Translations under genes and position numbers: made by a program
NCBI RefSeq assembly: GCF_009914755.1
Contig: NC_060925.1
Length of the DNA: 64,000 nucleotides
Source of the DNA: the human T2T-CHM13v2.0 reference genome, Homo sapiens
Direction: 5' to 3' (one strand)
The notes under the pieces: generated by a model
What the model was told of the DNA's origin: nothing
Seen by the model: the letters and a program-made list of their open reading frames with translations, nothing else
Databases searched by the model: none
Shown: positions 41,663 to 60,232 of the stretch, in pieces
Layout of the letters: each line of letters begins with the position of its first letter
Position numbering within the stretch: position 1 is the stretch's first letter

Positions 41663-42832
41663 TACCTTTCAGCATGTACAGAAATTAACTCGAGATGGAT
41701 TAAAGACTTAAATGTAAGAAAATCCTAGAAGAAAACTTAGGAAATGCCGTTCTTGATACCAGGCTTGGCAAATAATTTTTGGCTAATTTCCCAAAAACAT
41801 TTGCAACAAAAATTGACAAGCTAGACCTAATTAAAGAGCTTCTTCACAGCAACAGAAATTATCAGCAGAGTAAACAGACAATCTACAGAATGGGAGAAGA
41901 TATTAGCAAAATGTGCATCCAACAAAGGTCTAACATCCAGATTCTATACGGAACTTAAGTCAACAAGCAAAACCCCATTAAATAATCCCATTAAAAAGTG
42001 GGCAAAGCACATGACCATACATTTCTCAAAAGAAGGCATATGAGCAGCCAACAAACATGAAAAAATGGTCATCATAGTTAGTTATGAGAGAAATGCAAAT
42101 CAAAACCTAAATGAGAGACCATCTCACACCAGTCCCGTCAAAATGACCATTAATAAAGTCAAATAATAACAAATACTAGTGAAGCTGTGGAGAAAAGGAA
42201 CACATATACACTGTTGGTGGGAATGTAAATTATAGTTGAGCCACTGTGGAAAGCAGTTTGGAGATTTCTCGAAGAACTTAAAACAGGGCTGCTACTTGAC
42301 CCAGGAATGCTATTACTGGGGATACATCCAAAAGAAAATAAATTGTTCTACCCCAAAGACAAATTATTCATTCATTGCAGTGTTATTCCCAATAGCAAGG
42401 AATCAACCTACATGCCCATCAATGGTGGATTGGATAAAGAAAATGTAGCACATAAACACCACAGAGTGCTACATAGCCATAAAAAAGAACAAAATCATGT
42501 CCTTTGTAGCAACATGGATGCAACTGGAGGCCATTATCCTAAGTGAATTAATGCAGTAACAAAAAACCAAATACTGCATGTTCTCACTTATACATAGGAG
42601 CTAAACTTTGGGTACTCAAGGATGTAAAGATGGAAACAATAGACACTGTGGACTACCAAATGGGGAAGGAAGGGAGGGGAGTGTGGGTTGCAAAACTACC
42701 TATGGGATACTATGCTCACAACCTGGGTGATGGGATCTATACCCTAAACCTCAGCGTGATGAAATATACACATGTAACAAACACGCACATGTACCCACTG
42801 TGTCTAAAATAAAAGATGAAATCATTTAAAAA
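41663..42832 (+). mobile_element. 5'-truncated old L1 (L1PA16-17 / L1PB4-like)
   Basis: ORF2 C-terminal sequence, 3'UTR aaaactacctatgggatactatgctcac..., AATAAA at 42808. Confidence 0.85.
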
Positions 42833-43199
42833 ATAATTTAACATTTCATCTTAACTTTTAAAACTGTGGTCACTAGTATATTTTTAAATTACCTAGGTGG
42901 CATATTATATTTCTTTTGAAGTATGTTTATCTAGATGACTAAGATATGGTGATTTCCATTGTATTTCTGTTAATTTACTACTTTAACCTCTTCAAAACCC
43001 ACACAATTCCTGAAACTCCAGTAAGTAGAAGTTCCTATGTTAGACTCAGTATCTTTTCTAGAGCAAATTAAGATGGTCTTATGCACCTACTATTGATTTG
43101 GTAAATGAGCTCTTTTCTATCACTCTGAGGAAAGAATATCAAGAACAACTCACATTCATAAGGATCAGACATCTTCTATTTATAATACCTCGGTCTATG

Positions 43200-43511
43200 C
43201 CTATCCTCCTGTCCTCTGTCATGATGTAAGTGAAAGAAATACAAGCTACCTGGACATGCTGCATAAAAAAAAATGTACTACATTTAGAGGACAATATGCT
43301 AATTGGACTGAGCTGTAAGAAATAGCTAGCACACTGGAGACATTGTAATACATTTGTTATCCAAAGGTGCAAGATATACCTTACCAATATCAGCGGTCTT
43401 CCACAAAAATAAAGGTTGTAGGAAGTTACATGCCACTTAAAGTCTCATGGGATATCCAAAGCAAAGGAAAGATTACTGCATCTTGCCCTCTCACCAAAAG
43501 ATAGATACATG

Positions 43512-43542
<31 letters not shown>

Positions 43543-43880
43543 GATGGATAGATAGATAGATAACAGATAGACAATACTTGGTATACCTTTTTGGGTTTTG
43601 ACGGCAGCATATACCACACCTGGATTATTATTTAGATCTATATAGTGGGTTACGCAAAAAGATACTGACTTTGAGTAACTCCAATAACAGAAAGAGGATT
43701 CACTGCAATCCAGGATGCAGTGCAAGCAACTCTGAAACTTGGACCATGCAAGTGTTAGAATCTATAGTATTAGAGCTATTATTATTGGGAAATTACATTG
43801 TGTGGCATTTATTGTATGTTTCCATGGGATAATTCAAATGAAATCAGTAAAATTCTGGAGTAAAGTCATGCTATCCACAT
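43200..43880 (+). mobile_element. Second ERV-L pol (RT/connection) remnant
   Basis: HLEDNMLIG (YIDD-motif remnant, about 43281-43307), ttactgcatcttgcc (LLHLA), then after the STR gggttttgacggcagcatataccacacctgg (GF*RQHIPHL) and caggatgcagtgcaagca (QDAVQA). Confidence 0.7.
43500..43571. repeat. (GATA)n tetranucleotide STR, interrupted
   Basis: Directly visible. Confidence 0.95.
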
Positions 43881-43894
43881 TAAATATTTTAGAC

Positions 43895-45570
43895 CTTTTT
43901 ATTTTTAATTTTTACTTTCTGTGAGTACATAGTAGGTGTATATATTTATGGGGTACATGAGATATTTTGATACATGCATGCAATGCATAATAATCATATC
44001 AGATAATTGAGGTATCCATCATCCCAGGCATTTGTCCTTTATGTTACAAAATATCCAGTTATACTTTTAGTTATTTTTAAATGCACAATTATCATTGGCT
44101 ATAGTCACTCCGTTGTGCTATCAAACACTAAGGCATTCATGCTTTCTAATTATATTTTGTACCCATTAAACATCCCCACTTATTCTTCCTAATCCCCACC
44201 CCCACTACCCTTCTCAGCCTGTGATAACCATCCTTCTACTCTCTATCTCCATGAGCCCAGTTGTTTTAATTTTTAACTCCCACCAATAAGGGAGAACATT
44301 TGAAGTCTGTCTCTCTGTGTCTGGCTTATTTCATTTAATATAATAACCTCCAGTTCCATCCATGTTGTTGCAAATGACAGGATCTCATTATTTTTTATGG
44401 CTGAATAGTACTTCATTGTGTATATGTACCACATTTTCTTTATCCATTCATCTGTTGATAGACACAGTTTGCTTGCAAATCTTAGTTATTGCGAATACTG
44501 CTCCAATAAACATGGAGTGCAGATATCTCTTCAATATACTGATTACCTTTCTTTTGGATGTATGCCTAGCAGTAGAATTGCTGAATCATGTGGTAACTCT
44601 GTTTTTAGTTTTTTGAGGAACCTCCAAACTGTCCTTTATGGTGGTTGTACTAATTCACATTCCCACTAGCAGTGTAGGAGGGCTCCCTTTTCTCCACATT
44701 CTGGCATAATTTGGTATTGCCTTTCTTTTATATGAAAGTCATTTTGCCTGGGGTGAGATGATATCTCACTGTAGTTTTAATTTACACATTTCTTATGATC
44801 AACATGTTGAGCACCTTTTCATATACCTGTTTGCCATTTGTATGTCTTCTTTTGAGAAATGTCTATTCAACTCTCACCCATTTTTAAATTGGATTAATAC
44901 ATTTTTTCCTATAGAGTTGTTTGAGCTCCTTATATATTCTGGTTATTAATCCCTTGTCAGATGAGTAGTTTGAAAATTTTTTCTTTCATTCTGTGGGTTT
45001 TCTCTTCACTTTATTGTTTCCTATGCTATGCAGAAGCTTTTTAAATTGATGTGATCTTATTTGTCCATTTTTGCTTCAGTTGCCTGTGCTTGTTGTGTAT
45101 TTTTACATTTCAAATTATTGTGAGCCTTGGGAGTAATATCTTATCTCCCATTATTTAAAATTCATGACCAACGTAACCCTGATTTCACAATCAAACAAGA
45201 AGCAAGCAAAAAGGAACTTAAAAAAAAACCCTCTACACTTTAACTTCATACCTTCACTTTGTAACTTTTTGTTGTTTCAGTTTATATCTTATTGTACTGT
45301 CTATGTCTTACAAAGTTGTTGTAGTTATCATTTTTGATTGGTTCATCTTTTCATCTTTCTACTTAAGATATGAGTAGTTTACACACCACAATTACAGTAT
45401 TGTAATAGTCTGTCTTTTCCTGTGTACTTACCATTACCAGAGAGATTTGTACCTTCAGATGCTCATTAATACTTTTTTTCTTTCATGTTGAAGAACTCTC
45501 TCTAGCATTTCTTGTAAGACAGGTCTGGTGTTGATGAAATCCCTCAGCTTTTCTTTATCTGGAAAAGTCT
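43895..45570 (-). mobile_element. L1MA-type element: 3' end joined to inter-ORF/ORF1-end sequence (large internal deletion)
   Basis: L1MA 3'UTR from 43895, ORF2 tail to about 45098, then inter-ORF-type sequence ending gatgaaatccctcagc...ctggaaaagtc. Confidence 0.7.
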
Positions 45571-46143
45571 ATATTTATAAAGAATTAATACAGAGAAGGA
45601 AAGGAAGTTAATAAAGCGTGTTTTATTGAGTAAGCTACTACAGAGGGCAAATCCAACCTAATCCTGTGGCTCACTTCTGAGAAAGTATATAAAATGCACA
45701 CCCTTGAGAATCATTCTTGCCTGTGAGAGAGGAGACAGAACTTGATTTTCACCAGGGTTGTTCGGGGGCTTCTCTGCTGGCGATTTTTATTCTCTGGCAC
45801 TTCTAGTCTGTGTACACATAGACAGAGTGACCTTCTATGGAGATTGAAGGAATGTGGTTGCTGCTCAGAGTGCCGTCTGGAAATTCATGTGTAATTAGAA
45901 ACCTCAATTGGCAACATGCGGCGTTTTTTTTGTGTGTGGGTGTCTTCATCCAAATAAGTCAATTGTAAGACATGAGATTATTGAGATTATTAAGAAATGT
46001 GCTTACAGATGTCCTATTAGATGACATTGTGGAAATACTGTTAATTGTATTTGTGTGATAAGGTATTGTGGTTAAGTACAAAGGAAGAAACTATGAATTC
46101 AAGATTAGGTATAATGAAGAAGTGATAAGATGTCTAAACAAAT

Positions 46144-46533
<390 letters not shown>

Positions 46534-46899
46534 CTATTTTTCAAAAATTAAAAATTTTTAAAAGAAATATGGGTATTTCAGCAAAAGAAAAAAAGGGAGT
46601 GACAGAGGGAGGAAGGGAGGAAGAAACGGAGGAAAAAGAGAAACACTCCCCGAGATGCTTTCTTGCACATTATATTTTTCACTGTGGCTGTTCAATGGAG
46701 ATGTCCCAAGGAAACCCAGGCAGGGACTCTGTCTTCCTAGGTCCCTGAAGCTGCACCAACAAGCAGTACATGTCCACACTTCCAACACTGCTACAAAAAC
46801 AAGAAGTAAGCTTCATTTGGATGTAAGACATTATACATTATTGTGACTAATTTTTATTACAATTAATCGGCCTCAAATAATACCACTTTTTGAACAAAT

Positions 46900-48070
46900 G
46901 TAAATCTACTTAATTTTAATAAAATTATTGAGAAAATATTACTTATAGGGAGATATATTAAATTTAGTTCCTACTGAACAATGTACAAAAATCAACCTCA
47001 ACTGTATTAAAAACACATATTGAAAACACAACAAATATTTGTTTTAAATTATAGGCAAATGTTCCCGAGCAGACATCAATTTCTTAAGCAAGTCATATAA
47101 AGTAATAACTATAAATACAATCATTGACAAATTTGACCAAGTTAAAAATTTTAAACTTTGTCCATTGATAGATACCTCAAATAGGTGGAAATTCTAGTTA
47201 TGCACTAAGATGAAACAGTATACTAAATAAATATACACCTATATTTAATAATATTATTTGATTCAACTTCATATATATATATATATATATACTGAAAAAT
47301 AAGAAAAATATATGAGCAGGTATTTCACAGAAAAACAGACACACGTGGCCAGTAAACTTCTGACATAATTGTCAAGAGTGGTATTTTATCCCCATTCCAG
47401 CAGAAAAAATAGAAAACTCAAACAATACTGAATGTTGTTGAGTATGTTTATTAGCAAAACAATTTAGCATTGCCGACTAGAATGAAAACCGATATTGGCA
47501 CTTTGGAAAAGAAATCAACACCATGTTTTATATTGGACTTTTACATTCCAAACAGTCCAACCATTCTATTTCTCTCCATAGAACCCAAGAAACTTCTTCC
47601 AGTATACTAGGAGTCACACAAAGGCATGTTCAAAAGGTTTGTTTCTATGGTAGATATATAAAATTTCTGTGTCTAAATAATATGATAAATAATTTTTCTT
47701 GTATTCACAAATTGGAATATTTTACAATAGCTGAAAGCAATATATTTGAGCAATAAAAAAATAGAATGAATCTTAATAATACCATAAAGCAAGCTCAGGA
47801 AGATTACTTGCTGCACAATAGCTTTTCTAAAATTTTATGAATCATTAAAGAATCAAAACAAAAGATGTTTAACATCTACATAAAGCTAAATGAACATGAG
47901 AATGAGAGGATGTGGAACATTGGGTTTAGGATGCTCAAAATTTTGGCAGTAGAAGTAGTGAAATGGAGTAAGGTGAGGCCACATGTTATATGTAAATTGC
48001 TATTGAGTTCTTAGATTTTATGTTGGGTGAAAGGTTCAAATGTACTTTTTAGATAACCAAAATTTAACTA
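46900..48070 (+). mobile_element. Ancient L1M(E) fragments
   Basis: Degenerate ORF2 3' motifs such as attgacaaatttgac, tatttcacagaaaa and tattcacaaattggaatatt. Confidence 0.5.
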
Positions 48071-48469
48071 CTACTTAAAGGATATTTAAAGAGTCTTTGC
48101 TTCCATAATGACAGGCAATTGTAACACTTAGATGCCTATTTCAGTATGAATACAAATAGAATTGTGACATGGTAAACTGAGTGATCCAACTAGTCTTTGA
48201 AACACAAGTTTCAAAACAAACAAAACAATTTTGCTTTGTTTTGTTTTATTTTATTTTTTTTTTATGGAGAGGCCTTCCTTTACCTTCCTCTTAGTGTGTG
48301 AGCCTTCCTGTGGCCACATCTATAAAGACATGAGCTTGCCTGTGAATTTAGGCAGAAAGTACATAGAGGGAACACAGGGTATTTCAAAAAGCTCCATAAG
48401 CAACTAAATTGAGGAGTGAAGAAAAACGGACAAAAATAATGAGATTTTAAAAGGGTCTTTTGCAAATCT

Positions 48470-48872
48470 CACATATTCCCACTCATATATGGGAACTAAA
48501 AAAGATGATCTCATGGAGTTAGAAGATAAAATGATAGATACCAGAGACTGGGAAGAGTGTGTGTAGAAGGAGATGAAGAGAAGTTGATTAGTGGATACAA
48601 GCATACAGTTAAATAGAAGGAATATGTTCTAATGCCCGGTAACAGAGTACAGTGACTATACTTAAAAACAATGCATTATACATTTCAAAATAGCTAGAAG
48701 AGAGAACTTGAAATATTCCCAAACCCTAGAAATGATAAATACTCGAGGTGACAGACATCCCAAATCCCCTGACATTATCATTATACATTCTATGCATGTA
48801 ACAGAATGTCACATGTATCCCATAAGTATACAAATATTTGCATCAATAAAAAATAACACAAAATAAAAATAA
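48470..48872 (+). mobile_element. L1MA 3' end fragment
   Basis: cacatattcccactcatatatggga...aaatagctagaagagagaacttgaa...A-rich tail. Confidence 0.8.
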
Positions 48873-49419
48873 AGGGCCTTTTTTCCTGGCATTGATCACC
48901 GTATGTATTTCCTTCAGGGAGGCATCTAAGTGAGTGGCTATGAGAATCAATGTGTGAAGATGAGCTTCTGAGTCTTTGCATCAGTATGCTCATGATTTAT
49001 ACTAATCTACAATGCCTTAGCACTCTCATGCCTACCTATCATTGAAGTAAAATATTATCAGTAATATACTACAGCAGTAATTAGGGATGAAAAGGATCTC
49101 AGAAAAAAATGGTTTAATACCTCTCACCCCTTTTTGTACAAATATAGATATAAATAAAATTATTGCCTGAAAGATTATCTAGTGGGTTATTATTTATAAT
49201 ATTCTTAAATGCCTGTACATTAAAATATTAAGAAGCAAAGAGAGACTAGAATTAATATCATCTCAACAACTTTTTAGCTTTCAGAGTTTGCCACACAATC
49301 TCTCTCAACCACTATTAGGTTTGTTGGACTTATTATAATATCCTTTATATATATACATATATTTTAATTTATATTTATTCTAAAAATGTTTAAGAAAGCT
49401 TCTGAGGTCTTCTATTACT

Positions 49420-49915
49420 CAACAGATCATTAACAAAGTTAGTACACAGAAGTCGAAGGGCACTTCCACTGCCCTGAAAGCATTGATAAACTCTACAAAA
49501 CTTTAATTATTTTGTTTTCCCTTATAATAATGGAGATGGGGTTGATCATTAACAAAGACAGCAAATCACTAATCACAGGCAACTGTTTCTCTGCTCCAAG
49601 CACGGGGAAGAAGGGAGTTAATTGGAAGAATGCTGTTCCGAGGCTTGTTAAATCAGGCTTCTGGGATTGTGATATGAAAACTTTTAATGAGTTTGTCAAA
49701 GCTGAACACCCACAGAGTCTTATTAAATAGCCTCTCATTAGCAAGAGTTAAAACTTTATTTTATTCACTCCGAAGTTGTAGCTAATTGGAGCCTTATTCT
49801 ATTAGATAAATTCGGGGAAATTCTCAGAGACTAATAAGAACCCTTTATTAGAAAACCCAAAGGAGACAAACTTGTGTGGTTGCCATGGTGATGCTTGGCA
49901 GAGAAATGAGTCTCA
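49420..49915. promoter_or_regulatory. Candidate OR enhancer/promoter island (HD-site cluster, H/P-like motif, RFX X-box)
   Basis: Seven TAATGA/TAATTG/TAATTA sites in 49427-49788; aaaacttttaatgagt at 49677; GTTGCCATGGTGAT at 49879. Confidence 0.45.
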
Positions 49916-49919
49916 TACC

Positions 49920-50975
49920 AGTCAAGTTATCTTTCTATCTCTATGAATTTGAATATTCTAGTATGTCATATGTTTCCTTTTATGCATAGCTTCACTTCAT
50001 CTAAGTTTTATCTATGTTGTAGCATGAACCAGAATTTTATTCTTTTTTAAGGTTATATAATGTTCCATTGCATGTATATACATTTTGTTTCTCCCTTCAT
50101 CCATTAAGGAATATTTAGGTCATTTTTTATCTTTTGACTATTGTGAATAATGATGCTATAAACATAGGTATGCAAATATCTGTTCAAATTCAAGCTTTCA
50201 ATTCTTTTGTGCATAAGCCAAGAAGTGGAATTGCTGGATAACATGATAATTCTTTCACTTTTTAAAGGATGTATCATTTGGTTTCCACAGTGGCTGCAGG
50301 AGCAATGCACAGAAGTTCCAATTTCTGCACATCTTCCCCAACACTTTCTGTTTCTGATTTTCTTTGTTTATTTTAATAATAACCATTTTAATAGGTATAA
50401 AGTGGTATCTCACTGAGGTTTTGATTTGCATTTACCTAATGATTAGTGATGCACAACTTTTTTTCACATCCTTGTTGGTCACATGCTTATCTTTTTTAAG
50501 AAATGCCTATTCAAGCTCTTTGCCTATTTTTCAGTTGGGTTGTCTATTTTGTTGTTATTTCATTGTAAGTTTTAAAAATATATTGTAGATTTAATTTCTT
50601 ATCAGCTATGTACTTTGCAACTATTTTTCCCATCATGAGAGAGCTGCCTTTTTACTTTTCTGAAAGTGTCCTTTGATGTGCAAAATGTTAATTTTGATGA
50701 AATAAATTTTATTTGTTTTCCTCTTTTAATGCCTATACTTCTGGTTTTTACATACAAAAAATTATTGCCAAATACAATGTCATGATTTTTCCCTTTGTTT
50801 TCTTCTAAGAGTTTCGTCATTTTGGTTCTTATATTAAAGTTTTTTATCTACTTGAATTAATCTTTACATGGTGTAAGATAAAAGCCTGACTTCACTGTTT
50901 TGCATATGGATATACTGTTTCTCATCACCACTAGTTGAATAGATTGCTTGTTTTCAGCATATAAAAACACAACTA
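49920..50975 (-). mobile_element. L1MB-type fragment (host of the full-length L1PA3; resumes at 57026-57355)
   Basis: Old L1 3' sequence on the minus strand, continuous across the TSD. Confidence 0.75.
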
Positions 50976-57012
<6,037 letters not shown>

Positions 57013-57355
57013 AAAAACAGAACTAATTTTTGCATTTTGATTTTTTCTTTTTACTGAATTCATTTCCTAGCTCTAACAGTTTTATTAGTGGAGTCTTTGA
57101 GATTTTTCTATATACATGTCATCTGCAAACAGAGACAATTTTATGTCTTCCTTTCAGATTTGGATGATTTTTATTTATTTTTGTTTCCTATTTTTTCCTA
57201 GCCTCTAACTAGGACTTATAGTACTGTGTTAAATAGAAGTGGCAAGAGCAAACATCATTCTCTTGTTCCTGATCTTAGAAGAAAATATTTCAGCTTTCCA
57301 CCATTACATATGAAGTTACCTCTGGCCTTTGTATATATGCCCTCTATTTTGTTGA

Positions 57356-60232
57356 AGTAGGCTATCTATTAATGCCTCAATTTCAGAACTCATTTTTGGT
57401 GTGTTCAGGGATTCAATTTTTTTCCTGGTTCAGTCTTGGGAGTGGGTACGTGTCCAGGAATTCATCCATTTCTTCTAGATTTTCTAGTTTATGTGCATAG
57501 AGGTGTTTATAAATTTTTAACAAAATACTGGCAAACTGAATCCAGTAGCACATCAAAAAGTTCATTCATCATGGTCAAGTAGGCATTATCCCTGGAATGC
57601 AAGGTTGGTTCAACATACACAGATCAATAAATGTGTTTCATCACACAGATGGAACTAAAGACAAAAACCACATGATTATCTCAATAGATGCAGAAAAGGC
57701 ATTCAATAAAATTCAACATCCATTCATGTTAAAAACTCTCTATAAACTAGGTATTGAAGAAACATACCTCAAAATAATAAGAGCCATCTATGACAAACCC
57801 ACAGCCAATATCATACTAAAGGGTCTAAAGCTGGAAGTATTCTCCTTAAAAACTGGAACAAGACAAAGACGCCCTCTCTCACCACTCCTATTCAACATGT
57901 ATTGGAAGTTCTGTCCCAAACAATCAGGCAAGAGAAAGAAATAAAGGGCATCTAAATAGGAAGAGAGGAAGTCAAACTATCTCTGTTTGCAGATGGCATG
58001 ATCTTGTATCTAGAAAACTCCATAGCCTCAGCCTAAAATCTTCTTACATTGATAAACAACTTCAGCAAAGTCTCAGGATACAAACTTAATATGCAGAAGT
58101 CACCAGCATTTTAATACACCAACAACAGTCAAGCCGAGAGCCAAATCAGGAATGCATTCCCATTCACAATTGCCACAAAAAGAAGAAAATACCTAGGGAT
58201 AGAGCTAACAAGGGAGGTGAAAGACTCAACAAAGAGAACTACAAACCACTGCTTAAAGGAATTATAGATGACACAAGCAAATGAAAAAAAATTCCATGCT
58301 CATGAATAGTAAGAATCAAAATAATTAAAATTACCATATTGCCCAAAGCAATTTACAGAGTCAGTGCTACCATTGACATTCTTCACAGGACTAAAAAAAC
58401 AAAACTAACTATTTTAAAAATTATATGGAACCCAAATAGAAGCTCAAAAGGCCAAGGCAATCCTAAGAAAAAAGAAAAAAGCTGGAGGCATCACGCGATC
58501 TAACTTCAAACTATGGTACTGGGCTACAGTAACCAAAACAGCATAGATCCTGGTACAAAAACAGAGGCATAGACCAATGGAACAGAATAGAGAACCCAGA
58601 AATAAGACTATACACCTACAATCATCTGATCTTTGAAAAACCTGACAAAAACAAGCAATGGGAAAAATATTCCCTATTTAATAATTGGTGCTGGGAGAAC
58701 TGGCTAGAGATATGCAGAAAACTCAAATAAAACCAAAAAAGAGCCCATATACTCAAGACAATCCTAAGCAAAAAGAGCAAAGCTGGAGGTATCATTATCA
58801 TGCTACCTGACTTCAAACTACATTGCATGGTTACAGTAACCAAAAGAGCATGGTAGTGGTACAAAAACAGACACATAGAACAATGGAACAGAACAGACAA
58901 CCCAGAAATTAGACCAGACCCTACAACTATCTGCTCTTTGACAAACCTGACAAAAACAAACAATGAGTAAAGGATTCCCTATTCAATAAATAGTGCTGGG
59001 ATAACTGGCTAGCTATATGCAGAAGATTAAAACTGGACCCATTTCTTACACCATATATAAAAATTAATGCAAGATGGATCAAAGACTTAAATGTAAAACC
59101 CAAAAACACCCTGGAAAACAACCTAGGTAATACCATTCAGGACATAGGAATGAGCAAATATTTCATGATGAAGATGCGAAAAGTATTTGCAACAAAAGCA
59201 AAAATTGACAAATGGAACCTAATTGAACTAACGAGCATCTGCACAGCAAAATAAACTCTCAGCAGAATAAACACACAACCTACGAAATGGGAGAACATTT
59301 CTGCAAACTATGCATCTGACAAAGGTCTAATATCCAGCATCTATAAAGAACTGAAAACAAATTTACAAGAAAACAACAAATAACCCCATAAAAATGTAGG
59401 CAAAGGACAAGAACAGATGCTTTTCAAAAGAAGACGTACATGCAGCTGACAATCATATTTAATAAAGCTCAGCATCACTGATCATTAGAGAAATGCAAAT
59501 CAAAACACAATGAGACACCATCTAACACCAGTTAGAATGGCTATTATTAAAAAGTCAAAAAATTACAGATGCTAGCAAGGTTGCAGAGAAAAAGCACCGA
59601 TTATACACTGTTGGTAGGTAATGGTAAATTAGTTCAACCATTGTGGAAAACAGTGTGGCATTCCTCAAAGACCTAAAAACAGAAATAGCATTCCACCTAG
59701 CCATCTCTATATTAGGTGTATACCCAAAGGAGTGTAAATTGTTCTACAGTGAAGTCACCTGCTTCATTTGTATGTTCATCACAGCACTATTCCCAATAGC
59801 GAAGACATGGAATCAACCTAAACGCCCAACAGTGACAGACTTGTTAAAGAAAATGTGGTACATATACGCCATGGAGTACTGTACAGCCACAAAAAACAAA
59901 ATCATGTTCTTTACAGCAACATAGATGGAGCTGGAGGCTATTATCCTTAGCAAATAAACACAGGAACAGAAAACCAAATACTACATGTCATCACTTATAA
60001 GTGAGAGCTGAATGATGGAAACACATGGACACACAGAGGGAAACAACACACACTGGGACCTCTTAAAGGGTGGAGTGTGGGAGGAGGGAGATGTCAGGAA
60101 AAATAACTAATGGGGACTAGTTATGATAATGATGAAATAATGTGTACCACGAACCCCCATGAAACAAGTCCCATGTAACAAACCTGCACAGGTACCCCTG
60201 AACTTAAAATACATTAAAACTTTTTTTAAAAA
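57356..60232 (+). mobile_element. Old L1PA (about PA13) with a short inverted 5' segment (57356-57512) and an internal ~300-bp duplication
   Basis: Minus-strand ORF2 piece fused to plus-strand RT-to-3'UTR sequence; ORF2 block repeated at 58429-58726 and 58731-59030. Confidence 0.8.
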
